Positions 1 through 13,555 of a DNA stretch of 64,000 nt are shown in pieces. Each line of letters starts with the position of its first letter. Position 1 is the first letter of the stretch. The translations under genes were made by a program, and so were the position numbers. Source of the DNA: the human T2T-CHM13v2.0 reference genome, Homo sapiens. The DNA lies in assembly GCF_009914755.1 (NCBI RefSeq), contig NC_060928.1. One strand, written 5' to 3'. Under the pieces are notes generated by a model. That model did not search any database, was not told the DNA's origin, and was given only the letters and a program-made list of their open reading frames with translations.

Positions 1-37
1 CCATAAATTATTTTAAAATGTACCTTTAAATTTCTAA

Positions 38-440
<403 letters not shown>

Positions 441-506
441 TGATTTTCTTTATTGCCAGATATGACATGAATGTTTATAAACATTCCTTGTATTCTAAAG
501 AATATG

Positions 507-880
<374 letters not shown>

Positions 881-1242
881 CTAACTTTTTGCTTGCATTG
901 CTCATATTTCCTATTTACTGTTACTGACTTGAGCAATGTGGTAGATTATTATGGTAATCTCATTATGGTAGATTTGTCAGTTTCTCTGTGAGTTCTAGCA
1001 ATTTTTGGTTCATATATGTTGACAGTATTTTATTAGGTGTGAATAACCTTATACTTTTCATCTTCCTGTTGAGCTGTACTTAGGTTTATGGCCTTTTCCA
1101 TTCCGAATAAATGCTTTTATTTTCTTGGTCTTCATTGTCTGATATTAATATAATTACTCCAGCTTTGTTTTGTTTGGTGTTTGCCTGGTATTTGTATTTT
1201 TGTCCATTTATTTTCAGACTGTCTGTGTTCTGTTTCATGGGT

Positions 1243-1718
1243 ATATTAGTTTTTTGTGGCTCCTGTAACAAGTTACCACATACGTGGTGCTTTAAAACAG
1301 CAGAAATTATTCTCTCATAGTTCTGGAGGCCAGAAGTTTGAAAACAATATCACTGGACCAAAATCAAGGTGTCACTAGGGCTGTGCATTCTTCCTCTGGA
1401 GGTCGTATGGGAGAATCTGTTCCTCGCCTCTTCCAGCTTCTCATGGCTGCCACATTCCTTGGCTGTGGCTGCATCACTCCAATCTTTGTGACCCAGGTCA
1501 GATTGGTTTCTTGTCTTCTGTGTGGTTAAATCTCCCCCACCTCGATTTTATAAGGATACTGGTGATTACATTCAGGGCCCACCCAGGTAATCCAGGATAA
1601 TTTCACAATCCCAAAATACTTAATTATATCTGTAGTCTTTGCCATATAAAGTAATATTTACAGGTTCCAGGCATTATTCAGACCTGTTAACTTGGGGACC
1701 GTTACTCAGCTTACTAAA
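1243..1718 (-). mobile_element. MLT1 (ERVL-MaLR) solo LTR
   Basis: gtaacaagttaccaca...cttta aaacagcagaaattattctctcatagttctggaggccagaagt, the typical antisense MLT1 start. Confidence 0.8.
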
Positions 1719-2101
1719 AGAGTGTCTCTTATAAGTTACCTGTAATTTCTGTCTTTTAACTGGCATAATTTAGTACATTTATGTTATGATTCAGATAAAT
1801 TTGTACTTTCTTTATCATCTTAGGTTTTGTATTCTGTTTGTCTTTTCTCCCCATGCTTGCCTTTTTAAACAACTGGGAGTTGTTTGTTTTTCTTTATATT
1901 CTTCCATCTTTTGGTTTGGAAATGACATACTCTTAATATTCTTTTAGTGATTACCCTTGAAATTTTGCTATGCATATTTAACGAAGTCTAAAACTAATAT
2001 TCTGTCGCCCTCCTAGATACAGCAAAGGCATGAAAGTTCTTTAATTCCAATTATTCAACTCTCAAGTTACATGCTGCTGTTGTTCAGTGTTTTAGTCCAG
2101 A

Positions 2102-2655
2102 CTTTTTTTTTTTCTTTTTAAAGAGACACAGTCTTGCTCTGACACTCAGACTGGAGTGCACAAGTTTTTTTCTTTTCTTTTTTTTGAGACAGGTTCTCAC
2201 TCTGTTGCCCAGGCTGGAGTGCAGTGGCGCGATCACAGCTCACTGCAGCCTTGACCTCCTGAGCTTTAGTGATCCTCCCACTTCAGCCCCCAAGTAGCTG
2301 GGACTACAGGCACATGCCGCCATGACCAGCTATTTTTTGTATTTTTTTGTTGAAACAGGGTTTTGCCATGTTGTGTAGGCTAGTCTCAAACTCTGGGACT
2401 CGAGATCTGCCTGCCTCAGTCTCCCAGAGTGCTAGGATTACAGGCGTGCACCACCATTGGGCATGGTGGTGCATGCCTGTAGTCCCAGCTACTCGGAAAT
2501 TATTTCACACAAGTTCTTTTTTAAAAAAAAAAAAAAAATAGAGACGAGTCTTACTATTATGTTGCCCAGGCTGGTCTTGAATTCCTGGGCTCAAGTATCC
2601 TCCCACCTCAGCCTTCCAAAGTGCTAGGATTACAGGCATGAGCCACCACTCCCAA
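2102..2655 (-). mobile_element. Cluster of AluJ/FLAM pieces
   Basis: Partial Alu 2102-2160, AluJ ~2165-2457, inverted stub 2461-2496, monomer ~2520-2655. Confidence 0.85.
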
Positions 2656-3050
2656 CCTTCACCTAAGTTCTTGAAAGATAATTTTGCTTGATATAGAAAT
2701 CCAGATTGACAGTTATTTCTTTTCAGCATTTTGGAGTTATCCTACTGCTCTCTACTTTTGTTGTTTCTGTTGGCAAGTTTGGCAGTAGTCGGTTTGTTAT
2801 TCCCTTGTAGGTGATCTGTCTTTTTTTCTTCTGGCTTCTGTTAGAATTTTCTTTTCTTTATTTTGGCCTTGGCTATTCTGCATATTCATTACAATGTGTG
2901 TAAGGTATGGATTTATCTTTATTTATTTTGCTTGGTTTTTGTAGATTCATGTCTTTCAGCTCTGGGAAGTTGTCAGCCATTTTCTTTTGGAATATTTACT
3001 GTTCCCTATTTATTATTTCTGCATGTTACTCAAGTAAATGGTTACTAGAG

Positions 3051-3678
<628 letters not shown>

Positions 3679-3789
3679 AGGGCAATTTTTTCAAAGCTGT
3701 GTTTTAATTCGCAAATTCCTCTTTGTATCTAAGCTGTTACTCATTTTTTGACCTAAAAATTCAATTTAAATTTCTTTTATTCTAAAAGT

Positions 3790-4084
3790 TAGCAGGTGTG
3801 GTGGTGCTCCTGCAGTCTCAGAGTCCCAGCTACTCAAGAGGCTGAAGTTAGAGGATCGCTTGAGCCCAGGAGTTTGAGACCAGTGTGGGTAAATCGAAAC
3901 CCTGTCTCTACATAAAATACAAAAATTAGCCGGACATGATGGGGTGCACTTGTGGTCTGAGCTACTCAGGAGGCTGAGGTGGGAGGATCACTTGAGCTCA
4001 GGAGGTGGAGGTTGCAGTGAGCTGAGATTGTGCCACTGCACTCCAGCCTGGGTGACAGAATGAGACCCTGTCTCAAAAAGAAAA
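3790..4084 (+). mobile_element. AluJ-type
   Basis: ggatcgcttgagcccaggagtttgagacc...gtctcaaaaag. Confidence 0.85.
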
Positions 4085-4749
4085 TCTGAGTGGTAGGGAT
4101 TTTCAAGTATTTGCCTTAGTTGAGGTCTCCAAATGGAAATAGTGATTGGGCACTAGTTTAAAATGTACAAAAGGTGTATTCAGTGTGAGGTTGGTTCCAA
4201 AGTGCACGGTTTGACAGCCCAGGGAGTGAGTGAGGTGTGTTGGTGTGTTTTCCATGATACAGGGGAACTGACTCCAGTATGGCCAGTATACGAGACTTTG
4301 GTAAAATCATTACTTTGTTCTGGAACTCTATTTTAGCATCTGTAAAATGACTTCTAAAGTTCCTTCTGGGGCAGAAAATACATGCTTCTAAGGTTCTGTC
4401 TCATTGCTTTTTTTTTATTTTAGTAATTTAATAAGCATTTATTTAAGATCTGCTGCATTCAGAGCATTGTGTTAGGAATATTGGAAGTAAAGCATTGTAA
4501 TAGCTCTTGCCTTCAGTAAGCTTGCAGTCTGGCAGTTGGATTAAAAAAATGACCATACGAAGCCGTGATAACAGCCTCTAGGAGGGAACTCTACTATGTG
4601 GTGGAGATATGTGTCCCCCTGCAAATACCAAGAAAGACAGTTAATTAGTGTCCATTACAGAATGTTCTTCTGGTGTCCTTTTTAAAGAGATTCAGTCAGT
4701 CTTTAAAGATGATGCTATTGCTGCTACTGCTAATAATAATAGTGATAGC

Positions 4750-4945
4750 TACCACTTACTGTTTACTATGTACCTTGTGCTAAACACTTGACATAAGTTA
4801 ACTCGTTTAATCTTAAACCAAGGAAGTAGATAATGATTCTCATTTTACAGATGAAGAAACTGAAATAGACAGAGATGAAGAAATGTGCCTAAGGTTACGC
4901 GGTTTAGTGAACTGGGATCAGAACCTGGGTTCTCTGGCCTTAGAC
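4750..4945. mobile_element. MIR SINE
   Basis: MIR core cattttacagatgaagaaactga...cctaaggttac. Confidence 0.7.
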
Positions 4946-7900
4946 TATAAACCATAGATAGGAATTGAGCACATTTATTAATCAGCATTGCAAGGCTGGT
5001 GGAATTTTGATAAACACCCAAACCAGATTCTTTTCTGCACTAGTGATACCAGACAGATTTTGGAAATATAAACAGGATAGGGTGCATTAAAGTTCACTCA
5101 CATTTGTTCAGTTAAACAGATGGTTGGCTTATCTTTAGTTGCTTCACTCAGTCATTTCCAAAACCACACCCAAGGCCAGGCAGTGGCTCATGCCTGTATT
5201 TCTAGCAGTTTGGGAAGCTGAGGTCAGAGGATCACTTGAAACCAGGAGTTTGAGACCAGCCTTGGCCACGTAGTGAGACCATGGCTCAACAAACAAAGAA
5301 TAATAAACATATTTACTATTATGGGACGTCTATGTGCCAGACATTGTGCTAGACATTTTACATTTATTATTTCTAATTGCCCCAACAACCTGGGAACATA
5401 TCACCGAGTGTATTTTATTACAAATGTGGAAACTGAAGTACAGAAGACAATAAGCCTATGAAGTGATCGTAGGGCGTTGCTGGTACAAAGTCAAAACCTG
5501 CATCATTGGGCCCTGCGCCTCTATGTCTGTGGGGAGAAGGGATTGTTGATGATGTGATAGCTGGAAAACATACCATTCATCAAAATAAATCCCAGGTGGA
5601 TTAAAAAGAAATGTTTAAAATTATAGAGGCACTGTGGAGAAAAAGCAAAATAAAATGTTTATCAGAGATAACGCCTTAACATTTTCTTGGAACATTTTAT
5701 TAGATGTGTGCCTGGGAAGGAATGATAACTTTCTTTTTAAAACCAGAAGAAATCACAAAGGAAAAGGTTTGTCAACCTAAATATGCAAAATGTTAAAATA
5801 TTTTCTTATTGAAAAATAAAATTATAGAAGATAGTAGTCTGAGAATGACAAATATGATAAAAGGGTCAATACCTGTACTATTTTTTTCAGATGTGTAGAA
5901 ATAAATACATCAAGATCTCAACAGATATGTGTACAAAGGAAATCATAGGCCATGGGAAATTTTAAATGTAAATAAGCATATAAAAAAATTCATGCTCACA
6001 TACTGAGAGAGATGCCAAATAAAGTAGACATTTCTACACTCCAGCCTTGGCAACCGTGAGACCCTGTCTCAAAAAAGCAAAACCAAAGCAGACATTTCCC
6101 ATCTACCAAAACAGAGAAATTTTAGTGATAGCCTCTGCTTCCTTTTCGGAGTATGTAAGCCAAAAGGAAATGAAACTTTTTATTTAATCCTCACCCATTT
6201 TGGAGGTTTTCTTTACTGTAAGGTTTCCTTTCCAGTGTCAGGCTTAACCTTCAAGCAGTTACCACTTTAGACACATTGTTTGCTGCCATTTCATTCAGCA
6301 GCTGCGTTATTCATAAGATCACTTTATAATGACATACTTTTCCATCTTACTGTTTTATAATTATTAAATGGTTCCCCTGATATTGCTCCATTTTTTTTTT
6401 TTTTCAGGAGAAACATTCTCAGGTTAGTACTGTTAATCCCTCCTTACGTGTTTAATTAGATTATAGAGTGTTGGTTTTTTCCTTCCTTATAAAATCTTAC
6501 GTAGAGTTTTCTATACTGATGTGTCTGGTCAACCTGTGCTTCCTGACTTAGCTGAGTCTTCCTGCAGTCTTTATGGGGTTTCATAAAGTGAGCAGGTACC
6601 ATGCTCACTTAGTTATAACTTCCCTGAGGTCTAGAAATCTCCTTTTCTTCTTTTCTTATTGTCCTACCTCTGGGAGTTGTTTGTGTGAGCTTTAGTCTCC
6701 AAATCGAGTCATCTAGAGGCAGACATACTAGCTACGTTTGCTTTATCAACTTTGGGAATTGACGTGATTTTGGAAACATAAGACCTTCTTAATTCAGAGA
6801 TACAAAACCCAATTTGATATGCAGATTGTCCATTTGCAGTCTGGAATTTCCTTGTGAGTGGCGAACTTGTGAGTGAAATTTGGAGTGTTTTAGTTTGTTG
6901 CTGTACTCCAAGGGTCTCTTCAGTCGGACGTCAGTTGTGATTGAATGAAGCAAAGCAAAGGTTTTTCTTAGTCATATGCCTCTAGAAACAAAACTTAGAT
7001 TAGCGTTGTTAGTCCAAAATGTTAGATCTGGAAATGTATTTGTTCTTCCATATGTATTAATTGAGAGACTATTACGTGACAGCTCTGTGAATACAGTAGT
7101 GAATGAGACAGACCAGTTTCTTGTCCTCTTGGGAGTTTTATTATACTAGGGGAGATAGTTTATTTCTGACAGTAATACTAAGAGTTAACACTTAAGTACT
7201 TCCTATTTGTCAGGCACTTATTCTAAGCATTTTACATGCATTAACCTGTTGTTAAACTCATATTTCAAATGTGGAAACTTCCACCAGGGAAGTTAAGAAA
7301 TCTTGCCAAAATTACAGAGTCAGTAAGTGGCTGAGCTGGAGTTTGAACTCAAGCAGTCTAGCTCCAGAGTCTGTGCCCTGATAGTGATGGTAAGTACTTT
7401 GAAGGGTAAGAAAACACAAAAAGTCCAGGGTGATTTGAGAGAGCTGGGAGTGGGGACTATTCTAAATAGGGTGGGCAGGGAAGCAAACTTCAAAATTTCC
7501 AGTTGAAATTTGACCTGCAGCCTAACTGATAAGGACTAAGGCATTCAAAGTAGCTGGAATAAATTCTTTGTTCTAGGCAGAGAGGACAGCAAGTACAAAG
7601 ACTCTGAGGCAGGAAGGGGCTGGGAGTGTTTGAGGACAGAAGGGAGACTAGTGTGTCTGGGAAATGGTGAGCAAGGGAGCGTGGGGGCTGGGGGCCAAAA
7701 TGGGAAGGCCCCTGCATATTGGGGTCAAGAGTGCAGATTTTATTCTAGGGACTGTGGGAAGCCATTGAACTCTTGGCCCCAAGTGGTCCTTGGCCTCCCA
7801 AAGTGCTGGGATTACAGGCATGAGCTACCACTCCCAAATTAAGTAGGGTGCGACATTTAAATATATTAATACCTTTATGGAGAATGAATTATTAAGAGTT

Positions 7901-8082
7901 TATGAGTTTAGATACAGAGAGACAAGACTAGAGATTAAGAGTCTTATTTTGAATAAGTTAGGTTTGAGTAGACTTTAAATATTCAAACAGATGTTTTGTT
8001 GGCATTTGGACATACAAGTTTGGCCTCAGGGAAGAGTTTAGGGCTAGAGATAAAAATTTGGGGCCCATTAGTGTATATAAAT

Positions 8083-8250
8083 CAGTGGTTCTCAACTGTG
8101 AGTGCACATTTGACTCACCTTTAAAAATGCTCATGCCCAAGCTCCATTCCTAGAGATTCAGATTCTGTGGGTCTGGGTTTGGGTCTAGCCATGGTTTGTT
8201 TTAAATCTATCTAGGTGGCTCTAATGTATGACGAGGGCTGAGAACCACTG
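8083..8250. mobile_element. MER5-type hAT-Charlie MITE
   Basis: Terminal inverted repeats CAGTGGTTCTCA ... TGAGAACCACTG. Confidence 0.85.
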
Positions 8251-8305
8251 GTGGAGGTGGTATTTAGAGCCAAGGATGGGCCTGGATCAGTGTGATCCTT
8301 TAAGG

Positions 8306-8502
8306 CAAACTTGTCCAACCTGTTGCCCACATGTGGCCCAGGACAGCTTTGAATGCAGCCTAACACAAATTCGTAAACTTTCTTAAAACATTATGAGATT
8401 TAAGTTCATCAACTATCATTAGTGTTAGTGTATTTTATGTGTGGCCCGAGACAATTCTTCTTCCAGTGTGGCCCAGGGAAGCCAAAAGATTGGACACCCC
8501 TG
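8306..8502 (-). mobile_element. MER30 hAT-Charlie MITE
   Basis: Reverse complement starts CAGGGGTGTCCAATCTTTTGGCTTCCCTGGGCCAC; 8-bp target-site-like flanks ctttaagg / gcttaagg. Confidence 0.85.
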
Positions 8503-9526
8503 GCTTAAGGCAATGGTATAGCTAGGGAAGACAAGCAGCTCAGGGTACTGGGGCAGCCCAGCAGGTAGAAGTTGGATAGAAGAGGTAGAACAGCAAGGGA
8601 GACTCACAGCAGTAGCTGGAGAGGTTGGAGGAAAACCAGAAACTGATGTCTGAAAACTGGAAGAGGACAGTGACTCCTGAAAGTGGGAGCAGCTGTGCCA
8701 GATGCTGCTGAGAGCTGGTAAAGTGAATGCGCTCAGAAGGAATTGAAACTAGCTTCACTGAATGGGTCTCAGAGGTTCAAACCAGGGTTTTAGGAGCTGT
8801 AGATTCAAATCCTACCCCTGACATTAGTTTTCTATTTAAAATTAAACAGGATGCTCTTTTCTTAGCCTCTTTTTATCTTTGCTTATTAACCAAAATGTAA
8901 CTGAACTGTCTCAATGCTTAAAGAAAGGAGATGATAAACAGACAGCCTTATTCCCCTCTCCCATTCCCAAACAAAAGCCAGTTCTTACCTGGAGTTTTGG
9001 CTCTAGCTTTCTCTCTGCCTGGAGTGCCTTTCTGGATATATGGCCACCTGGCCTAGTGCTCTCACCACCTGTTTGTCTGTGAGTCCTTCCTTAGCTGTCC
9101 CCTTCTCTGGGAGCTTTCCTTTGCTCTTCCTACTTAATGATGTGACTCACCTCCCCACCCCCTGGACTCCCAGTTCCCTACCCATAGCACTTGTCGCCTT
9201 CTAACAGACTGTGTGATTTACTTATTTATCATGTTTATTGCCTGGCTTCCCTGCAGGAATGTAAGAAATCTTTGTTTTGTTCATTGATGTCCCCTGAGAA
9301 TGTGGATTGCTGAGCAATGCCTGGTCTATAGCAGCCTCACAGTTAGTGCTTGGTAGATATTTGGTGACTGAGTGCTGACTCCATGAAAATGATTGTCATC
9401 CTTTGACTCTGCTCCAGTTGCATTTGAAAAGTTGCATGGGATCTGCCACTTCTCTCCATGACCCAACTATAGAGACTTCTGGAGTGTGGCTTCTCCCCTC
9501 TACCTCAGTACTGTCATGCCTATTGA

Positions 9527-9825
9527 ATTTTTTTGAGACAGAGCTTCACTCTGTCACCCAGGCTAGAGTGCAGTGGGATGGTCATGGCCCACTACAGCCT
9601 CTACTAGGCTCAAGTGATCCTCTCACCTCAGACTCCTAAGTAGCTGGGACTACAGGTGCATGCCACCACGCCCAGCTAATTTTTAATTTTTTTTTTTTTT
9701 TTTTTTGGTAGAGCTAGGGTTCTGCCATATTGCCCAGGCTAGTCTCAAACTCTGGGCTGAAGCAATCTGCCCACCTCTGCCTCCCAAGGTGCTGGGATTA
9801 CAGTTGTGAGCCACTGTACAAGGCT
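9527..9825 (-). mobile_element. AluJ-type
   Basis: Antisense Alu consensus with a long central T tract. Confidence 0.85.
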
Positions 9826-10184
9826 TTACTTGGAATTTTTAGACTTCAGAAATTATTTGAATGTTAATATAGGAAAGTGGTAGTAATAATTAGAAGCAAA
9901 TTATATATATGAGAAACAGTATTTAATGTATTTTGGAGACCAAGTGTTATGACAGGGATCAGAAATTTTCAGTTGTCACTGACAGTAAAAATCATTGCAA
10001 GAAGCAATTTGGTGCTGTGGAAAGTTCATAGGCTTGGAAGCCAGGATACTTGGTTCTTAGGTTTGTCCAGTAATCTTAGCCACCCTACAGTGAGTGTCTG
10101 CTGTCTGCCAAACACTCTAAATGCTTTCCAGACAGCATTTTTGATTTTACTGTATCACTCATGGTTGCCATTACTACACCTTGT

Positions 10185-10335
10185 TTTTTTTTGTTTTGTT
10201 TTGTTGTTTTGTTTTCTAAGAGATAGGGTCTCACTGTGTTGCCCAGGCTGGTCTCAAACTCCTGGGCTGAAGAGATCCTCCTGCCTCAGCCTCCCAAGTA
10301 GCTGTGAGTACAGTCATGAGCCACTGTGCCTGGCT
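10185..10335 (-). mobile_element. FLAM/Alu monomer
   Basis: Single Alu arm with (TTTTG)n tail. Confidence 0.8.
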
Positions 10336-10597
10336 ACTATACCCTGTTTATAGATGGAAAAACTGAGTCCCAGAGAAAAGATAAGAAAGAAAAGATTCTA
10401 TTCTGATATGAACAGAATCATTTTGGAGTGGAGACCATGTGGGGCACATTTAACCCCTATACACTGTCAACTAGAGAGTTTGGTTAACTTACTGTCTCTA
10501 CCTTAGGGTAAGACACAATCTCCGAGGACCTACATTTTATGACCTGTGAGATCAGGATAAGGCTATCCTGCTAAAACACTTAAATAACAGAATTTAT

Positions 10598-10910
<313 letters not shown>

Positions 10911-12634
10911 AGGATTTATATTGTAAAATATAAAACTTTAAACAAATGTTTTGTATCATTATGCTGCTGAAAATACAATGTTCCAACAGTGTCCTCTGTT
11001 CATTTTATACTCACAGTGATGCTTATTATTTTATTTATTAGAATGTATCTGAGATGCCAAGTTCAGGAGATTTTTGGAGTCCTGCTCTGTGTGCCCTTCT
11101 GCCAGGTGGCCCTATGCTTATAATCACTCTTAGGTGTTTACACTTCCTTCCTTTTTCTTGTCAGGGTCCCTGGCTCCCTCTGGAGTCTACTCTCCAGGAG
11201 GTGGGGGGCGCTGATGTCAGCAGGGAAGGGGGGCTTATTGCTCTCAGTGATGCTTATTATTTTATTCACGTTCTTAATGGTTTGAGTTTTTGGTTTTTTA
11301 AGAGATGGGGTCTTGCTTTGTTGCCTGGCTGGATTTGAACTCCTGGACCCCATTGTGCCTCACTTGTTTTATTTTTCAAATTTTATTATTTTGTAAATTT
11401 CCCTTTTATAAATTAATCTTTAAAAATGTGTGTGTGTATATCTATGAACAAATAAAGGATCTCCTGGTCATCTCTGTCCCCATCCACCCAGCTCCCTGTT
11501 CCTCCTTACAAGTAAATCACCATTGTAAGTTGTATATTCTTCCTGCATTTCTTTATGCAAATAGAAGGAAATGTGAATGTTTTTCTTATTCTCTTCCTTC
11601 TCCCCACAAAAGATGCCATACATACACTATTTTCTCTTGTTTTTTTTTTCCTGCCTGACAGTATTTCCTTGTTTTTGTGAAGACTAGACCATCTAAAATT
11701 TTGTGTACTCATAATTACTTGATAGCATAAAGACTTTCAAGTCTCCATCAGCTGACACAATTAATTTTCAATGAACATACCTTTGGCAAGTCTTCTTAGG
11801 CTTATTTTTGTGATTTTTAAATGCTTCCTGCCTAGCTCTAAAAAGGAAAACCTGGCACCATCCTCAGAAGTTTCAGAGTTAATGAAGTATCTCATGTCTC
11901 AGCCTTTGCGTGTACAGAATAAATACGTTTTTCTCAGTTCACTTACCCATTGTGGTGTTCTCAGTTTATGAGCCCTTGCTATAATTTTCAAAGCTTTCTT
12001 TTATCATTTGTCTTTCAGATAAAACAACTGCTTCACAACTAGGAACTTTTAGTTGTTGATTATTAAATTCTGTCAAAACTGCCTGTTTGTTTTTTGTGGT
12101 CAGTATTTTAATCTCCCTTATCTACAATCCTGCCAAACTTCCCTACCTTCCCCCTGCTCCAGAAAAATAAAATCCAACTCAAACCTTACTTAGCAAACCA
12201 CCCTCACAGAGTGAAATTCAGAAAAAAAATTTTGTTTCAATAAAAAGATTTTGAAAGATTTCATCACTTCAACAAAACTATAGTTAAAAAATTAAAATAT
12301 TATATTAATTGAAGGACAGTAACAGTATAATGAGGGAGCAAAAATAGAGAAAGTAGCTGACATTGCCAGAAGATAAGTCAAATTCTGCTTTTTCCCACAT
12401 GTAATTGTTCAGGACATGTGGCTCAGAATATGTGAATTAGTATAGTAACTACAGCAGAGTCTCTCTGGGTTGTGTTATTTGCTCAATTGCGAGATAGCAT
12501 ACTTATAAAATTATTTCTAGATTCACTCCTGAAATCTTAACTGCAGTCTGCTTTGTGGAATTTCTTCTTGGAAGAACTTGTTTAAGAGTATGCTGATTGA
12601 TATTTGTTCATGGGCCATCTGAAGATTCTGGATG

Positions 12635-13012
<378 letters not shown>

Positions 13013-13269
13013 TGATTTTGTGTTCTTTTATCATTCATTCATTTACCAAATATTTATTGAGGCCTGTTCTGTGCTAAATGGTGGGGAGATGGTGCTGAAC
13101 TACACAGAAGAGCCCCAGTATGCCTGCTAGCTCTTCCCGTGTTTACATTTTGATTTTCTGTGCTGCAATACAGTAGATGAGCTTGGCATTGAGAGTGAGT
13201 AGTCTTGGATTTAGGTTTTGAGCCGGCCATTTATTTATTGTGAGACCTCTGAAGCTTAAAACTCTGAGC

Positions 13270-13555
13270 CAGCACACCTGTAATCCCAATACTTTGGGAA
13301 GCCAAGGTGGGTGGATTGCTTGAGCCCAGGAGTTCAAGACCAGCCTGGGAAACTTGGTGAAACCCCATCTCTACAAAAAATATAATAATTATCTGGGCAT
13401 GGTGGCACGCTCCTGTAGTCCCAAGCTACTTGGGAGGCTGAGATGGGAGGATCACTTGAGCCCGGGGGCAGAGGTTGCAGTGAGCCAACATCACGCCACT
13501 GCACTTCAGCCTGGATGACAGAGCAAGACCCAGTCTGAAAAAGAAAGAAAGAAGG
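13270..13555 (+). mobile_element. AluJ-type
   Basis: Sense Alu consensus with a slightly truncated 5' end. Confidence 0.85.

Larger units (their letters stand above)
7030..8760 (-). mobile_element. L2 LINE relic with nested MIR, Alu stub, MER5 and MER30
   Basis: L2-like segments such as gggctagagataaaaatttgggg and ttggacatacaagtttgg...; MIR at ~7170-7380. Confidence 0.6.
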
